From Acidobacteriota bacterium (GTDB lineage: Bacteria > Acidobacteriota > UBA6911 > RPQK01): a stretch of 34,836 nt of DNA. The stretch is taken from assembly GCA_035593865.1 (NCBI GenBank), contig DAOTAI010000004.1, positions 1 to 34,836 of the forward strand, given 5' to 3'. The notes beneath the pieces were generated by a model that saw only the letters and a list, made by a program, of their open reading frames with translations, was not told where the DNA came from and searched no databases. Within the stretch, counting starts at the first letter, position 1. Every line of letters begins with the position of its first letter. The translations under genes were made by a program, and so were the position numbers. Shown here in pieces: positions 27,616 to 34,836 of this stretch.

Positions 27616-29259
27616 ATGAAGCAATGGCTCTGTGTAGCACTTCTGGCAACTCTTTCAACGGCAGGGGTATTAGCCCAGCCGGCAGCAATCAACGGCACCC
27701 GCATCCTGAAACACATCAAGGTCCTGGCCTCCGATGATTTCGAAGGCCGAAAGCCGGGGACCCAGGGCGAGGAGAAGACCGTTGACTACCTGATCCAGCA
27801 GTTTAAGTCGATGGGACTTGCGCCGGGAAACACCGACGGAACCTACGTCCAGAAAGTCCCGCTGGTGGGTATGAATCCAACGCCGTCGCCATTGACGTTC
27901 ATGAAGGACGACGAAAAAGTAAACCTTCGCCATAAGCAGGATTTCATCGCATGGACCCGGCGGGTGACAAATCGAGTTTCGCTTGAGTCCTCTGATCTTG
28001 TCTTCGCGGGGTATGGAATCGAAGCCCCTGAGTATGACTGGAATGATTTCAGCGGAGTCGACGTTACCGGCAAGACCATCGTGGTGCTGGTGAATGATCC
28101 ACCAATCAGCGGACCTGACGGTCAGTTGGACCCGGAGGTATTCGGCGGGAAGGCCATGACCTACTACGGCCGATGGACATACAAGTACGATAAAGGTGCG
28201 GAGATGGGCGCCGCCGGAATCCTGATCGTCCACGAGACAGGCCCTGCTGGTTACCCATGGAGCGTCGTCCAGGGGTTTGCTGGTGAGCGCTTTGATCTGG
28301 TCACGCCTGATGGGAACGCCGGGAAGGCAGCGGTCGAAGGCTGGCTCTCACTCGAGGCTGCCCGTAATCTGTTTAAGATGGCCGGACAAGATTTCGACTC
28401 GCTGAAGCAGGCCGCGGCAAAACGCGGCTTTCGGGCGATGCCTCTCGGCGTGGAGGTGTCAGTCTCCCTGGAAAACCAGATGCGTACCTTGGATTCGAGG
28501 AACGTTGTAGCAAGACTGGATGGGGCCGACCCTAAACTACGAGACGAATACATTATCTATATGGCCCATTGGGACCATTTGGGAAAAGGCGATCCGGTAG
28601 ATGGAGACGACATTTACAATGGGGCTAAGGACAATGCCTCAGGCGTTGCAGCCCTGCTGGAGATCGCCAAGGCCTTCACAACGGTGAAGCCGGCCCCGAA
28701 ACGGTCGGTTCTGTTCCTGGCGGTAACGGCCGAAGAACAAGGTCTGCTGGGCTCAGAATACTATGCCGCCCGCCCGATCTATCCACTGGAGAAGACACTG
28801 GCGGCCATCAACATGGACGCCTTGAATCTTTGGGGGCGAACTCGGGATATTACTGTGATCGGGATGGGAGCGTCGCAACTGGACGATTATCTCGAGAAAG
28901 CGGCCGCTGGACAGGGGCGTCGATTGCGACCGGATCCCGAGCCGGAAAAGGGATACTACTACCGCTCCGACCATTTCAACTTTGCGAAACGAGGCGTGCC
29001 GGCTCTTTATACCGACGAAGGCGTGGAGTTCATCGACAGACCGGACGACTACGGGATGAGAGTGCGTGAAAGGTATACCAACGAAGACTACCACGCACCT
29101 TCGGACGAAGTGAAGCCCGACTGGGACTTGGGCGGAATTGTCGAAGATGCCCGGTTGTTTTTTGTCGTGGGCTACGACGTGGCAAACGCTGTCCGGTGGC
29201 CTGAATGGCGGGCGAATAGTGAATTTCGGGCGATTCGGGAGAGGATGTTGAGAAAATGA
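27616..29259 (+). CDS. Secreted M28-family zinc aminopeptidase with a PA domain
   Basis: Signal peptide MKQWLCVALLATLSTAGVLAQ. M28 ligand motifs MAHWDHLG, KDNASGVAALLEIA, AVTAEEQGLLGSEYY, INMDAL and YYYRSDHFNF. The longer ORF from 27301 overlaps treY and was not used. Confidence 0.85.
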   Translation: MKQWLCVALLATLSTAGVLAQPAAINGTRILKHIKVLASDDFEGRKPGTQGEEKTVDYLIQQFKSMGLAPGNTDGTYVQKVPLVGMNPTPSPLTFMKDDEKVNLRHKQDFIAWTRRVTNRVSLESSDLVFAGYGIEAPEYDWNDFSGVDVTGKTIVVLVNDPPISGPDGQLDPEVFGGKAMTYYGRWTYKYDKGAEMGAAGILIVHETGPAGYPWSVVQGFAGERFDLVTPDGNAGKAAVEGWLSLEAARNLFKMAGQDFDSLKQAAAKRGFRAMPLGVEVSVSLENQMRTLDSRNVVARLDGADPKLRDEYIIYMAHWDHLGKGDPVDGDDIYNGAKDNASGVAALLEIAKAFTTVKPAPKRSVLFLAVTAEEQGLLGSEYYAARPIYPLEKTLAAINMDALNLWGRTRDITVIGMGASQLDDYLEKAAAGQGRRLRPDPEPEKGYYYRSDHFNFAKRGVPALYTDEGVEFIDRPDDYGMRVRERYTNEDYHAPSDEVKPDWDLGGIVEDARLFFVVGYDVANAVRWPEWRANSEFRAIRERMLRK

Positions 29260-29522
29260 GGAAGGGTACCTGAAAAACGGTACCGCAGGCTATCTTGGCT
29301 TCGGAACAAAAAACCAAGCCGTGTGAGCGCTTCGACCCCTGAAAGCATAGCGTATTGACCCAGTTACAGTTCCAGCGGACATGTTTCTCAAAAACAATGA
29401 CGCAAAGCTCAAAACTCGCGAGAAGATTCGTGGAGAAGGAGTCAGTAAAATGAGCAATCTTCCGATAGAATTCGCTATCATTCCATGTTATCACTGAAAT
29501 TCGGAGCCGAAAGGGGTTGTGA

Positions 29523-31502
29523 GTGACCCGACTGGAGAAAACCGCGCTCGGACTTGTCTTGCTCTGTGCAGTCGTCGTTCGCGCATGGAATCTCGATAGG
29601 GATCCGCTCTGGGTCGACGAAGCCGAGTCCTGCATCAACGCCCTTACGATTCTGGACCATGGTTGCCCCGTGAACCATTACCTCGGGATGCCGCTTTTCG
29701 AGAACACCCTGATAAAGCTGTGGCCCGAGAGCGAAGAGTATGAGTTCCGAGATTTAAGCTACTCATCAAAGGGAGTGGCTATCTACCATGGCTGGCTGCC
29801 GCTCTATTCGATAGCTGCCGCTTTCTGGCTTGCCGGCATTGAGCCGGATCAGCCGAAGGAACAGGTTGAGTTTCGCTACTCTGTTAGCGACATGGCTTTT
29901 CGGACGAAGGTTGCTCGTCTGCCTTCTGTGATCTTCAGCATTGTCTTTCTTCTAGCGCTTTTCCGGGCGGGATACCTGATCTTCGATCGCGCAGCCGGAT
30001 GGGCGGCCCTGTTGCTGGCTTCGTTCTCGCCGCTTTACGTCTGGTATGCCTGGCAGGCGCGGTATTACTCGCCGACCGTTGCTCTTAACATCTTGTGTTT
30101 ATTGTGCGCTTGGCTCATGCTTCAGAGGGGAAGATGGCGTGATTTTCTTTTAGGCGCGCTCAGCTTCGTCCTTCTCTTCCACACTCACATGATTTTTTGG
30201 TTTGCGGGCGGCCTTGTTTGCCTCGCGCTGACGCCTCTGCTGCTGCGGCATCCGCAAGGGCTTAAGAAAGTTGTTGTTTTCGGGCTCCTGATTGTCGCGG
30301 GGACAGTTCCCTGGTTGATCTTGACTGGATTTCTGGAGGAAGCCAGCAGGATGCCGAAAGCCTGGTCGCTTCTGCAATTTCCTGAGGCGTTTATTGAACC
30401 TCTTTCCAGGCGAAACGCCGTACCAATTGCTATCGGAGGGGTCTGGCTGGGAGCAAGCTTCTTGCTCAGAAGACATCTTCCGAAACGATTCACGGAACCG
30501 CTTTTGCCTTGGATGTCGGCTCTTCTTTTTCTGGCATTCTGGTTGATGGTCAACTTTCTTGCTTTTACGTTCATGATGCCTGCGGCGAGCTACTTCTACC
30601 TCCGTTTGGTTCTTGGGCTCGTCGCTCCAGGGGTCCTGTTGACTGCCGCATTATTCTCCGCGCTCGGACAATTATCTTCACGTCGTCGACCAATAGTTGT
30701 TTGCATCGCACTAGTGATCGCCTACCTTGCTGGCTGGGAGCGTGCTTACGCCCTGCGGCTATCCACTCGAGACCTGGCTCGTTCCGATGTGGTGGAAGGG
30801 ATAGATTTCCTACGGCAGATAGAATTGAGGCCGGGAACCCGAATATACGCCACTCCGAGCGCAAATCTCATCCTGACCTTCTATAGCGGGGTTCCGATTC
30901 AGACGATAGCCCCGATACGGAAGTCGTTTCTCGAGAATTACCCGGGTGACATTGTCATCATAGAGGCGTTTCGACGCTATAACGCTCCGCCAATTCCACC
31001 CGAGGAAGTGGCCGAGTTGGCGCGGAATATCGGACTGGAGTTGAGCGAAGAGGAAGCCAGAGAAACCAGCCGTACGCTTCGACGCCTGATGACCGCAGCC
31101 TACGCGGCCGAACGCGGTGCTGTCGCTGTAACTCCGCCTCCGCCGAGGCACGATCGCCTCTTCGAGTATCTGACGCCAATTCAACGACAGCGCCAGGAGC
31201 AGTTTTTGAAGAACTACTTCAGGGATCCGACCTCTTACCTGCTTTTGCAGGGGTTTCCGTTTCCGGATCTTTCAGTCTGGTGGGAGTTGTTCTTTTATCG
31301 ATTCAGCGAGCCCGAAAAGAGGACTGGCCCGAACGTGAACTACGCTTGTCGAATAAAAGGCGCAACAGCCACTGTTCTCCGGTCAAATTGGGTCATCTTT
31401 GAGAGTCCGGGAAGTCGGTCTAAGACCACCGAAGACAAGCGAGGTGATCAGGAGAAAAAGGACTTCGCTGTGTCCTTCCGTTCGCCGAACACCGGCGAGT
31501 GA
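29523..31502 (+). CDS. GT-C membrane glycosyltransferase, family 39/83-like (ArnT/PMT type), with a roughly 250-aa C-terminal soluble region
   Basis: GTG start. LVLLCAVVVRAWNLDRDPLWVDEAES carries the first-loop DE motif. More than 10 hydrophobic spans, then a hydrophilic C-terminus. Confidence 0.7.
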   Translation: MTRLEKTALGLVLLCAVVVRAWNLDRDPLWVDEAESCINALTILDHGCPVNHYLGMPLFENTLIKLWPESEEYEFRDLSYSSKGVAIYHGWLPLYSIAAAFWLAGIEPDQPKEQVEFRYSVSDMAFRTKVARLPSVIFSIVFLLALFRAGYLIFDRAAGWAALLLASFSPLYVWYAWQARYYSPTVALNILCLLCAWLMLQRGRWRDFLLGALSFVLLFHTHMIFWFAGGLVCLALTPLLLRHPQGLKKVVVFGLLIVAGTVPWLILTGFLEEASRMPKAWSLLQFPEAFIEPLSRRNAVPIAIGGVWLGASFLLRRHLPKRFTEPLLPWMSALLFLAFWLMVNFLAFTFMMPAASYFYLRLVLGLVAPGVLLTAALFSALGQLSSRRRPIVVCIALVIAYLAGWERAYALRLSTRDLARSDVVEGIDFLRQIELRPGTRIYATPSANLILTFYSGVPIQTIAPIRKSFLENYPGDIVIIEAFRRYNAPPIPPEEVAELARNIGLELSEEEARETSRTLRRLMTAAYAAERGAVAVTPPPPRHDRLFEYLTPIQRQRQEQFLKNYFRDPTSYLLLQGFPFPDLSVWWELFFYRFSEPEKRTGPNVNYACRIKGATATVLRSNWVIFESPGSRSKTTEDKRGDQEKKDFAVSFRSPNTGE

Positions 31503-31670
31503 AAGCGCGGGCAAGCCTTAATTTGCAGCCAGACTATCCGGTGCGGGCAGTATTCCACAATAAGCCGTCTCCCTTTTGCAGCCTTTTCGTCTATCGCTTG
31601 CCCTTGCAATTACCGCCGCTCAGGGATTTGCAGTGCCTCCGACTGATGTCTTAGGCTACACTACCAGCGA

Positions 31671-32852
31671 ATGGCGTTTACCTCTTCAAGCAAACCGCAC
31701 GATGCAAAGGTTCTTGTCGTCGACGATGAAGTCGCGAACCTGCAAAAGCTTTATCGCACGCTCGTCGGTCGTTATCCGGTATTAGCCGCCAAAAGCGGCG
31801 GTGAAGCTTTGCGTTTCCTCGAGCAAGATCCGGAAATCGCCGTAATTGTGACCGACCAACGGATGCCGGACATGACCGGGATTGATCTTCTGCGCCATAG
31901 CTTAACCACTCACCCAAATGCCATACGGGTGATTTTAACGGGGTTCACGGATGCCGACGTCTTGATGGACGCCATCAATACCTGCAAGGTCTTCCGCTAC
32001 CTGGTCAAGCCCTGGGAGCCGGTTGATCTTCTGGTCACCATTGAGCGGGGCTTGGAGACATATCGGTTGACGCTCGAAAATGAGCGCTTCCGGCGCGAGT
32101 TGATAAGAAGGGAGCGATTGGCGAGGGAACTCGAAATTGCACGGGAGATCCAGCGGTACATCCTTCCACCTTGTTGTCCGGCACTGCCCGGGTATGAGGT
32201 GGCGGTGGAATACCACCCGGCATGGGAGGTGGGCGGTGACCTCTACGATTTTCATTACTCACCGGAAACCGGGATTGTTCAGATGGTGCTAGGCGACGTT
32301 TCCGGCAAATCGGTCCCGGCGGCCCTGTACGGCGCTGTTTTCAGCGGTCAATTGCGCACCTTGTTCGCTCAACCCAAGTCTCCGGCAGATTCGCTCTCTT
32401 TTCTGAATGCGAGTCTGATCGGGAGAACCCGTGAAGCCAGTTATATCGCGGTTGGGTTTCTCAGGCTGGATCTGGCGACCAACTGCCTCACTTTTGCTAA
32501 CGGAGGTATGCCATATCCTTTTTGCGTCGGGTCAAACGGCGTTACCCGGCTGGAACTGCCGGGCCTTCCTCTGGGTTTGTTCGCGGATGGGAAGTACGAA
32601 CAGACGCATATGGCGATTCAGCCGGGAGATCTCGTCGTTCTGGCAAGTGACGGATGCACAGAAGCGGAGGATTTCAGAGGTGAACCCTTCGGGGATGAAA
32701 GAGTGATCAGCTGTATCGAGAAACATCGCGACGAGCCTCTTGACCGGCTGGTCCGCAGCCTCTACGACGAGGTGTGCCGTTTCATGCAAGGCAATGAGAT
32801 TCGCGATGACATCACACTCCTTGCCCTTCGCAGACGAGACTCTGGGGACTGA
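31671..32852 (+). CDS. Response-regulator receiver fused to a PP2C/SpoIIE serine phosphatase (RsbU-like)
   Basis: REC domain: VLVVDDE, VIVTDQRMPDMTG, VILTG, YLVKPW. PP2C domain: AREIQRYILP, GGDLYDF, VLGDVSGKSVPAAL, ANGGMPYP, LASDGCTE. Confidence 0.85.
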   Translation: MAFTSSSKPHDAKVLVVDDEVANLQKLYRTLVGRYPVLAAKSGGEALRFLEQDPEIAVIVTDQRMPDMTGIDLLRHSLTTHPNAIRVILTGFTDADVLMDAINTCKVFRYLVKPWEPVDLLVTIERGLETYRLTLENERFRRELIRRERLARELEIAREIQRYILPPCCPALPGYEVAVEYHPAWEVGGDLYDFHYSPETGIVQMVLGDVSGKSVPAALYGAVFSGQLRTLFAQPKSPADSLSFLNASLIGRTREASYIAVGFLRLDLATNCLTFANGGMPYPFCVGSNGVTRLELPGLPLGLFADGKYEQTHMAIQPGDLVVLASDGCTEAEDFRGEPFGDERVISCIEKHRDEPLDRLVRSLYDEVCRFMQGNEIRDDITLLALRRRDSGD

Positions 32853-32855
32853 GAC

Positions 32856-32932
32856 GCAAGGAGCAAGAAGCCAGAAGTCGGGAGCCGGAACGCAGAAGCA
32901 AGAAGCTGGGAGGCGGGGGCCAGGAGCTAGTC
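32856..32932. repeat. Tandem heptamer array, family D: 11 units of GCNRGRA (consensus GCCAGAA)
   Basis: gcaagga gcaagaa gccagaa gtcggga gccggaa cgcagaa gcaagaa gctggga ggcgggg gccagga gctagtc. It fills the whole gap between convergent stops at 32852 and 32931. Confidence 0.85.
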
Positions 32933-33761
32933 AGGTGATTTTCCCGGAGTAAGGAATGATTAATCGAAAGGTCGCGCCTCGCTCCGGCCTGCTTTCAACT
33001 CGTAATTCGCCGCCGAGACGTGCCACCCGGCTGGAGATATGCGATAGGCCGAAGCCATACTGGAGACTGACCGGATCAAAACCGACACCCAGATCGGAGA
33101 CAGTCACTTCCAGGAAGGTGCCGTGGTTTTTCAGCTGCAATTCGGCCCTGTTGGTGTTGCTGTGTTTGCTGGCGTTAAGAAGCAATTCTCGAATGGATTG
33201 GAAGGCAAAATCGCGGATGTCGTCGGGGACTGCCAGGAAGCTTCCCTCCGCTTGAACTGTGACGTCGAACAGATAACCCTGCTGAAAGAACTGCACCAGC
33301 CACCCGATGGCGGGCAACAATCCTGCCTCCAGTACAGGAGGGCTGAGATCCCTACTTAATGACCGGCTTGTCTCGATGGATTGATTCAGGAGTTCGATCG
33401 CGCGGTCTACCTCTTCGCCAAGTTGACGATCGGTCGTGACTCGATTCTTAAGACTGCGCAGATTCCACTGCGTGGCCAGGAGCAGTTGTTGCAGGTCGTC
33501 GTGCAGAATGCGGGCCAGTCTATCGCGCTCACGCTGTTCGGCGGTCGCTAACTGAAGGGTTGTGCGTCGCAACTCGGCTGCTTGCACCGCCAGCAGTTCT
33601 TTAGTTTCCTCCAGCTCTGCCCGGAGGCGCTGCTCGGCCTCGGGGTGTTCCGTTTCCTCCAATGGCACCGAGAAGTCAGTTTGATTTGAAGAAGACTGGA
33701 ATATCTGAGATTGCTTGACCCTCTTCCCTTTTTGTTGTCTCTGCTCAACGCGACGAGACAT
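32931..33761 (-). CDS. Soluble histidine kinase, HisKA_3 + HATPase_c, with no sensor domain (276 aa)
   Basis: H-box RLARILHDDLQQLL. N-box ELLLNASKHS. G-boxes DLGVGF and GFGLSH. The N-terminal 75 aa or so are charged/coiled (EAEQRLRAELEETKELLAVQAAEL) with no TM, PAS or GAF pattern. GGAGG lies upstream. Confidence 0.8.
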   Translation of the reverse strand: MSRRVEQRQQKGKRVKQSQIFQSSSNQTDFSVPLEETEHPEAEQRLRAELEETKELLAVQAAELRRTTLQLATAEQRERDRLARILHDDLQQLLLATQWNLRSLKNRVTTDRQLGEEVDRAIELLNQSIETSRSLSRDLSPPVLEAGLLPAIGWLVQFFQQGYLFDVTVQAEGSFLAVPDDIRDFAFQSIRELLLNASKHSNTNRAELQLKNHGTFLEVTVSDLGVGFDPVSLQYGFGLSHISSRVARLGGELRVESRPERGATFRLIIPYSGKIT

Positions 33762-33919
33762 CTGTACCTCCAGCTATTCATTGCTTGCCGGCTTGTTCGC
33801 GTGCTGACCGGAGAGGGAAGAACGGTTGCAGGCGGAAAACGATCGGGCTGAAGCGGTCATAAACGGCAAAGAAATCCAAGAATAAGGAACCATCCCACGT
33901 CCTGTCACGCCATTGTTCG

Positions 33920-34492
33920 TCACATTCTCGACATTGCTCGTCTTTTCGCCCTGAATTCCTTTGGAGTCATCTCGGTATGGCGCTTAAATTGGCGTTCGAA
34001 AGTCCGCAAACTTTGAAACCCGCTGAGATAGGCAATATCCAGTATTGCTTTTTCGCTGGTGGTCAAAAGTTCTTTCGCTTTGCGGATGCGGAAATCAGTG
34101 AGCCAGGTTGAGAACGGCATACCCACTTTCTTACGGAAGAACTTGGAGAAGTACTTGCTCTCCAGACAAGCCGCGGTTGCGGCATCGGCCAAAGTGATCG
34201 GCTCGCTGTAAAGGCTTTCAACGAGAGTCTTGACTCGCCTCAGGCGAGAATCAAGAAACGGGTCGGTCACCGCGGCAGATACTGATTGTCGAGTTCCTCG
34301 AAACGGGTCAAACGGGATCGATTTGGAGGCGGCCAGCCGATACAATGCTCCGATCTGTTCGTCTGTCGGTTGCGCCAAGCCATGCTCGAGTGCGGCGACT
34401 TCCTTTGTGGTGAGGCGAAGATAAGAAGCGAGCTCTTGCTGGCTCCACTCCAGTTCTTCTCTCAGCTTCCGAACGCTCTCTCCATGGAACAT
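33920..34492 (-). CDS. Transcription regulator with an N-terminal XRE-type HTH and a C-terminal AraC-type HTH (190 aa)
   Basis: XRE part: VRKLREELEWSQQELASYLRLTTKEVAALEHG. AraC part: ITLADAATAACLESKYFSKFFRKKVGMPFSTWL..ILDIAYLSGFQSLRTFERQFKRHTEMTPKEFR. I chose the start at 34492 (GGAGG 7 nt upstream). The ORF opens at 34567. Confidence 0.75.
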   Translation of the reverse strand: MFHGESVRKLREELEWSQQELASYLRLTTKEVAALEHGLAQPTDEQIGALYRLAASKSIPFDPFRGTRQSVSAAVTDPFLDSRLRRVKTLVESLYSEPITLADAATAACLESKYFSKFFRKKVGMPFSTWLTDFRIRKAKELLTTSEKAILDIAYLSGFQSLRTFERQFKRHTEMTPKEFRAKRRAMSRM

Positions 34493-34740
34493 CGCGAACC
34501 TCCACTCGTTAGAAGACTCACGACGCGGTCTTCGACAGACCGAGGAAAAAGCTACGGGCATGGACAACGAAAGCGAGTAGAGAGCCCCCCACTCGAGACT
34601 TCAGATCGAGACCCTCTCGTAGGTTTACATCTTACGCATCCCGCCGGTTGCCTTTTCTGGTAACACCTTCATCGTAGGCGAAACATTCGAGAGACTGCAA
34701 GAGAGTTTGGAAATACCAAACAGGCGGGGCGGAGAGCGTT

Positions 34741-34797
34741 GCCAGAAGCCAGGAGCCAGAAGCTGAAAAGCTAGAAGCCAGAAGCCAGGAGCTAGCC
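34741..34797. repeat. Tandem heptamer array, family D, second copy: 8 units with one 1-nt phase slip
   Basis: gccagaa gccagga gccagaa gctgaaa (a) gctagaa gccagaa gccagga gctagcc. Same strand orientation as 32856-32932, and the same terminal GCCAGGAGCTAG. Confidence 0.85.
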
Positions 34798-34836
34798 CGG
34801 ATTTCTCACACACTTAATGAAAAAAGGGCCGCCTTT

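Noticed and set aside
29030-29638. 202-aa minus-strand ORF bridging the peptidase gene, the spacer and the GT39-like gene
   Set aside because: It overlaps two well-supported + strand genes at both ends. It has no motif and an implausible composition.
31522-31634. Recurring TTGCA-containing motifs (TTTGCAGCC at 31522 and 31575, TTGCAAT at 31604, TTTGCAGT at 31627) upstream of the REC-PP2C gene, considered as sigma-54 -12 elements or operator repeats
   Set aside because: No GG element sits at the required 12-nt spacing upstream of any copy. The motif is short enough to recur by chance. I note it only as weak.
7399-34797. Whether the repeat arrays are CRISPR arrays or MITE/IS remnants
   Set aside because: The unit period is 7-9 nt with no 25-40-nt spacers, and there are no cas genes. 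I saw no transposase, no terminal inverted repeat distinct from the array itself, and no flanking target-site duplication.

Overview
This is a 34.8-kb chromosomal segment from a moderately GC-rich, diderm-type bacterium. Gene content suggests a soil lineage such as Acidobacteriota, but that is inference only. I support about 26 protein genes, one of them disrupted. I saw no rRNA, tRNA, CRISPR array, transposase, integrase or recognisable phage or defence gene.

Gene layout:
- 0.2-3.0 kb: YbaK-type deacylase, Zn-dependent alcohol dehydrogenase, galactokinase.
- 3.1-6.4 kb, minus strand: an operon of radical-SAM (SPASM/twitch), a GT-C membrane glycosyltransferase and a GT2 enzyme. It is divergently paired with a Clp1/Grc3-family polynucleotide kinase.
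- 7.6-14.8 kb: envelope and miscellaneous genes. These are a BON protein, a PPOX-family protein, an MBL hydrolase coupled to a small outer-membrane barrel, a secreted cupredoxin fusion, a GHL10 hydrolase-like protein, and a permease with a coupled mini membrane protein.
- 14.8-27.5 kb: an alpha-glucan/trehalose block. A frame-disrupted glgX is divergent from glgE, treS-pep2 (fused), glgB and treY.
- 27.6-34.5 kb: an M28 peptidase, a GT39-like glycosyltransferase, and a signalling trio (REC-PP2C phosphatase, a sensor-less HisKA_3 kinase, an XRE+AraC double-HTH regulator).

The structure that genes do not explain is a set of seven intergenic arrays of very short-period tandem repeats, with a period of 7 or 9 nt. 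They fall into four sequence families, three of which occur twice in the window. Several are arranged as long palindromes, one with perfect 36-nt arms.

I could not identify a clear-cut novel multi-gene system. The best candidates for new biology are the repeat arrays, the bacterial Clp1-like kinase next to the radical-SAM/glycosyltransferase operon, and the repeat-flanked signalling module. All functional calls rest on motifs read by eye, with no database search.
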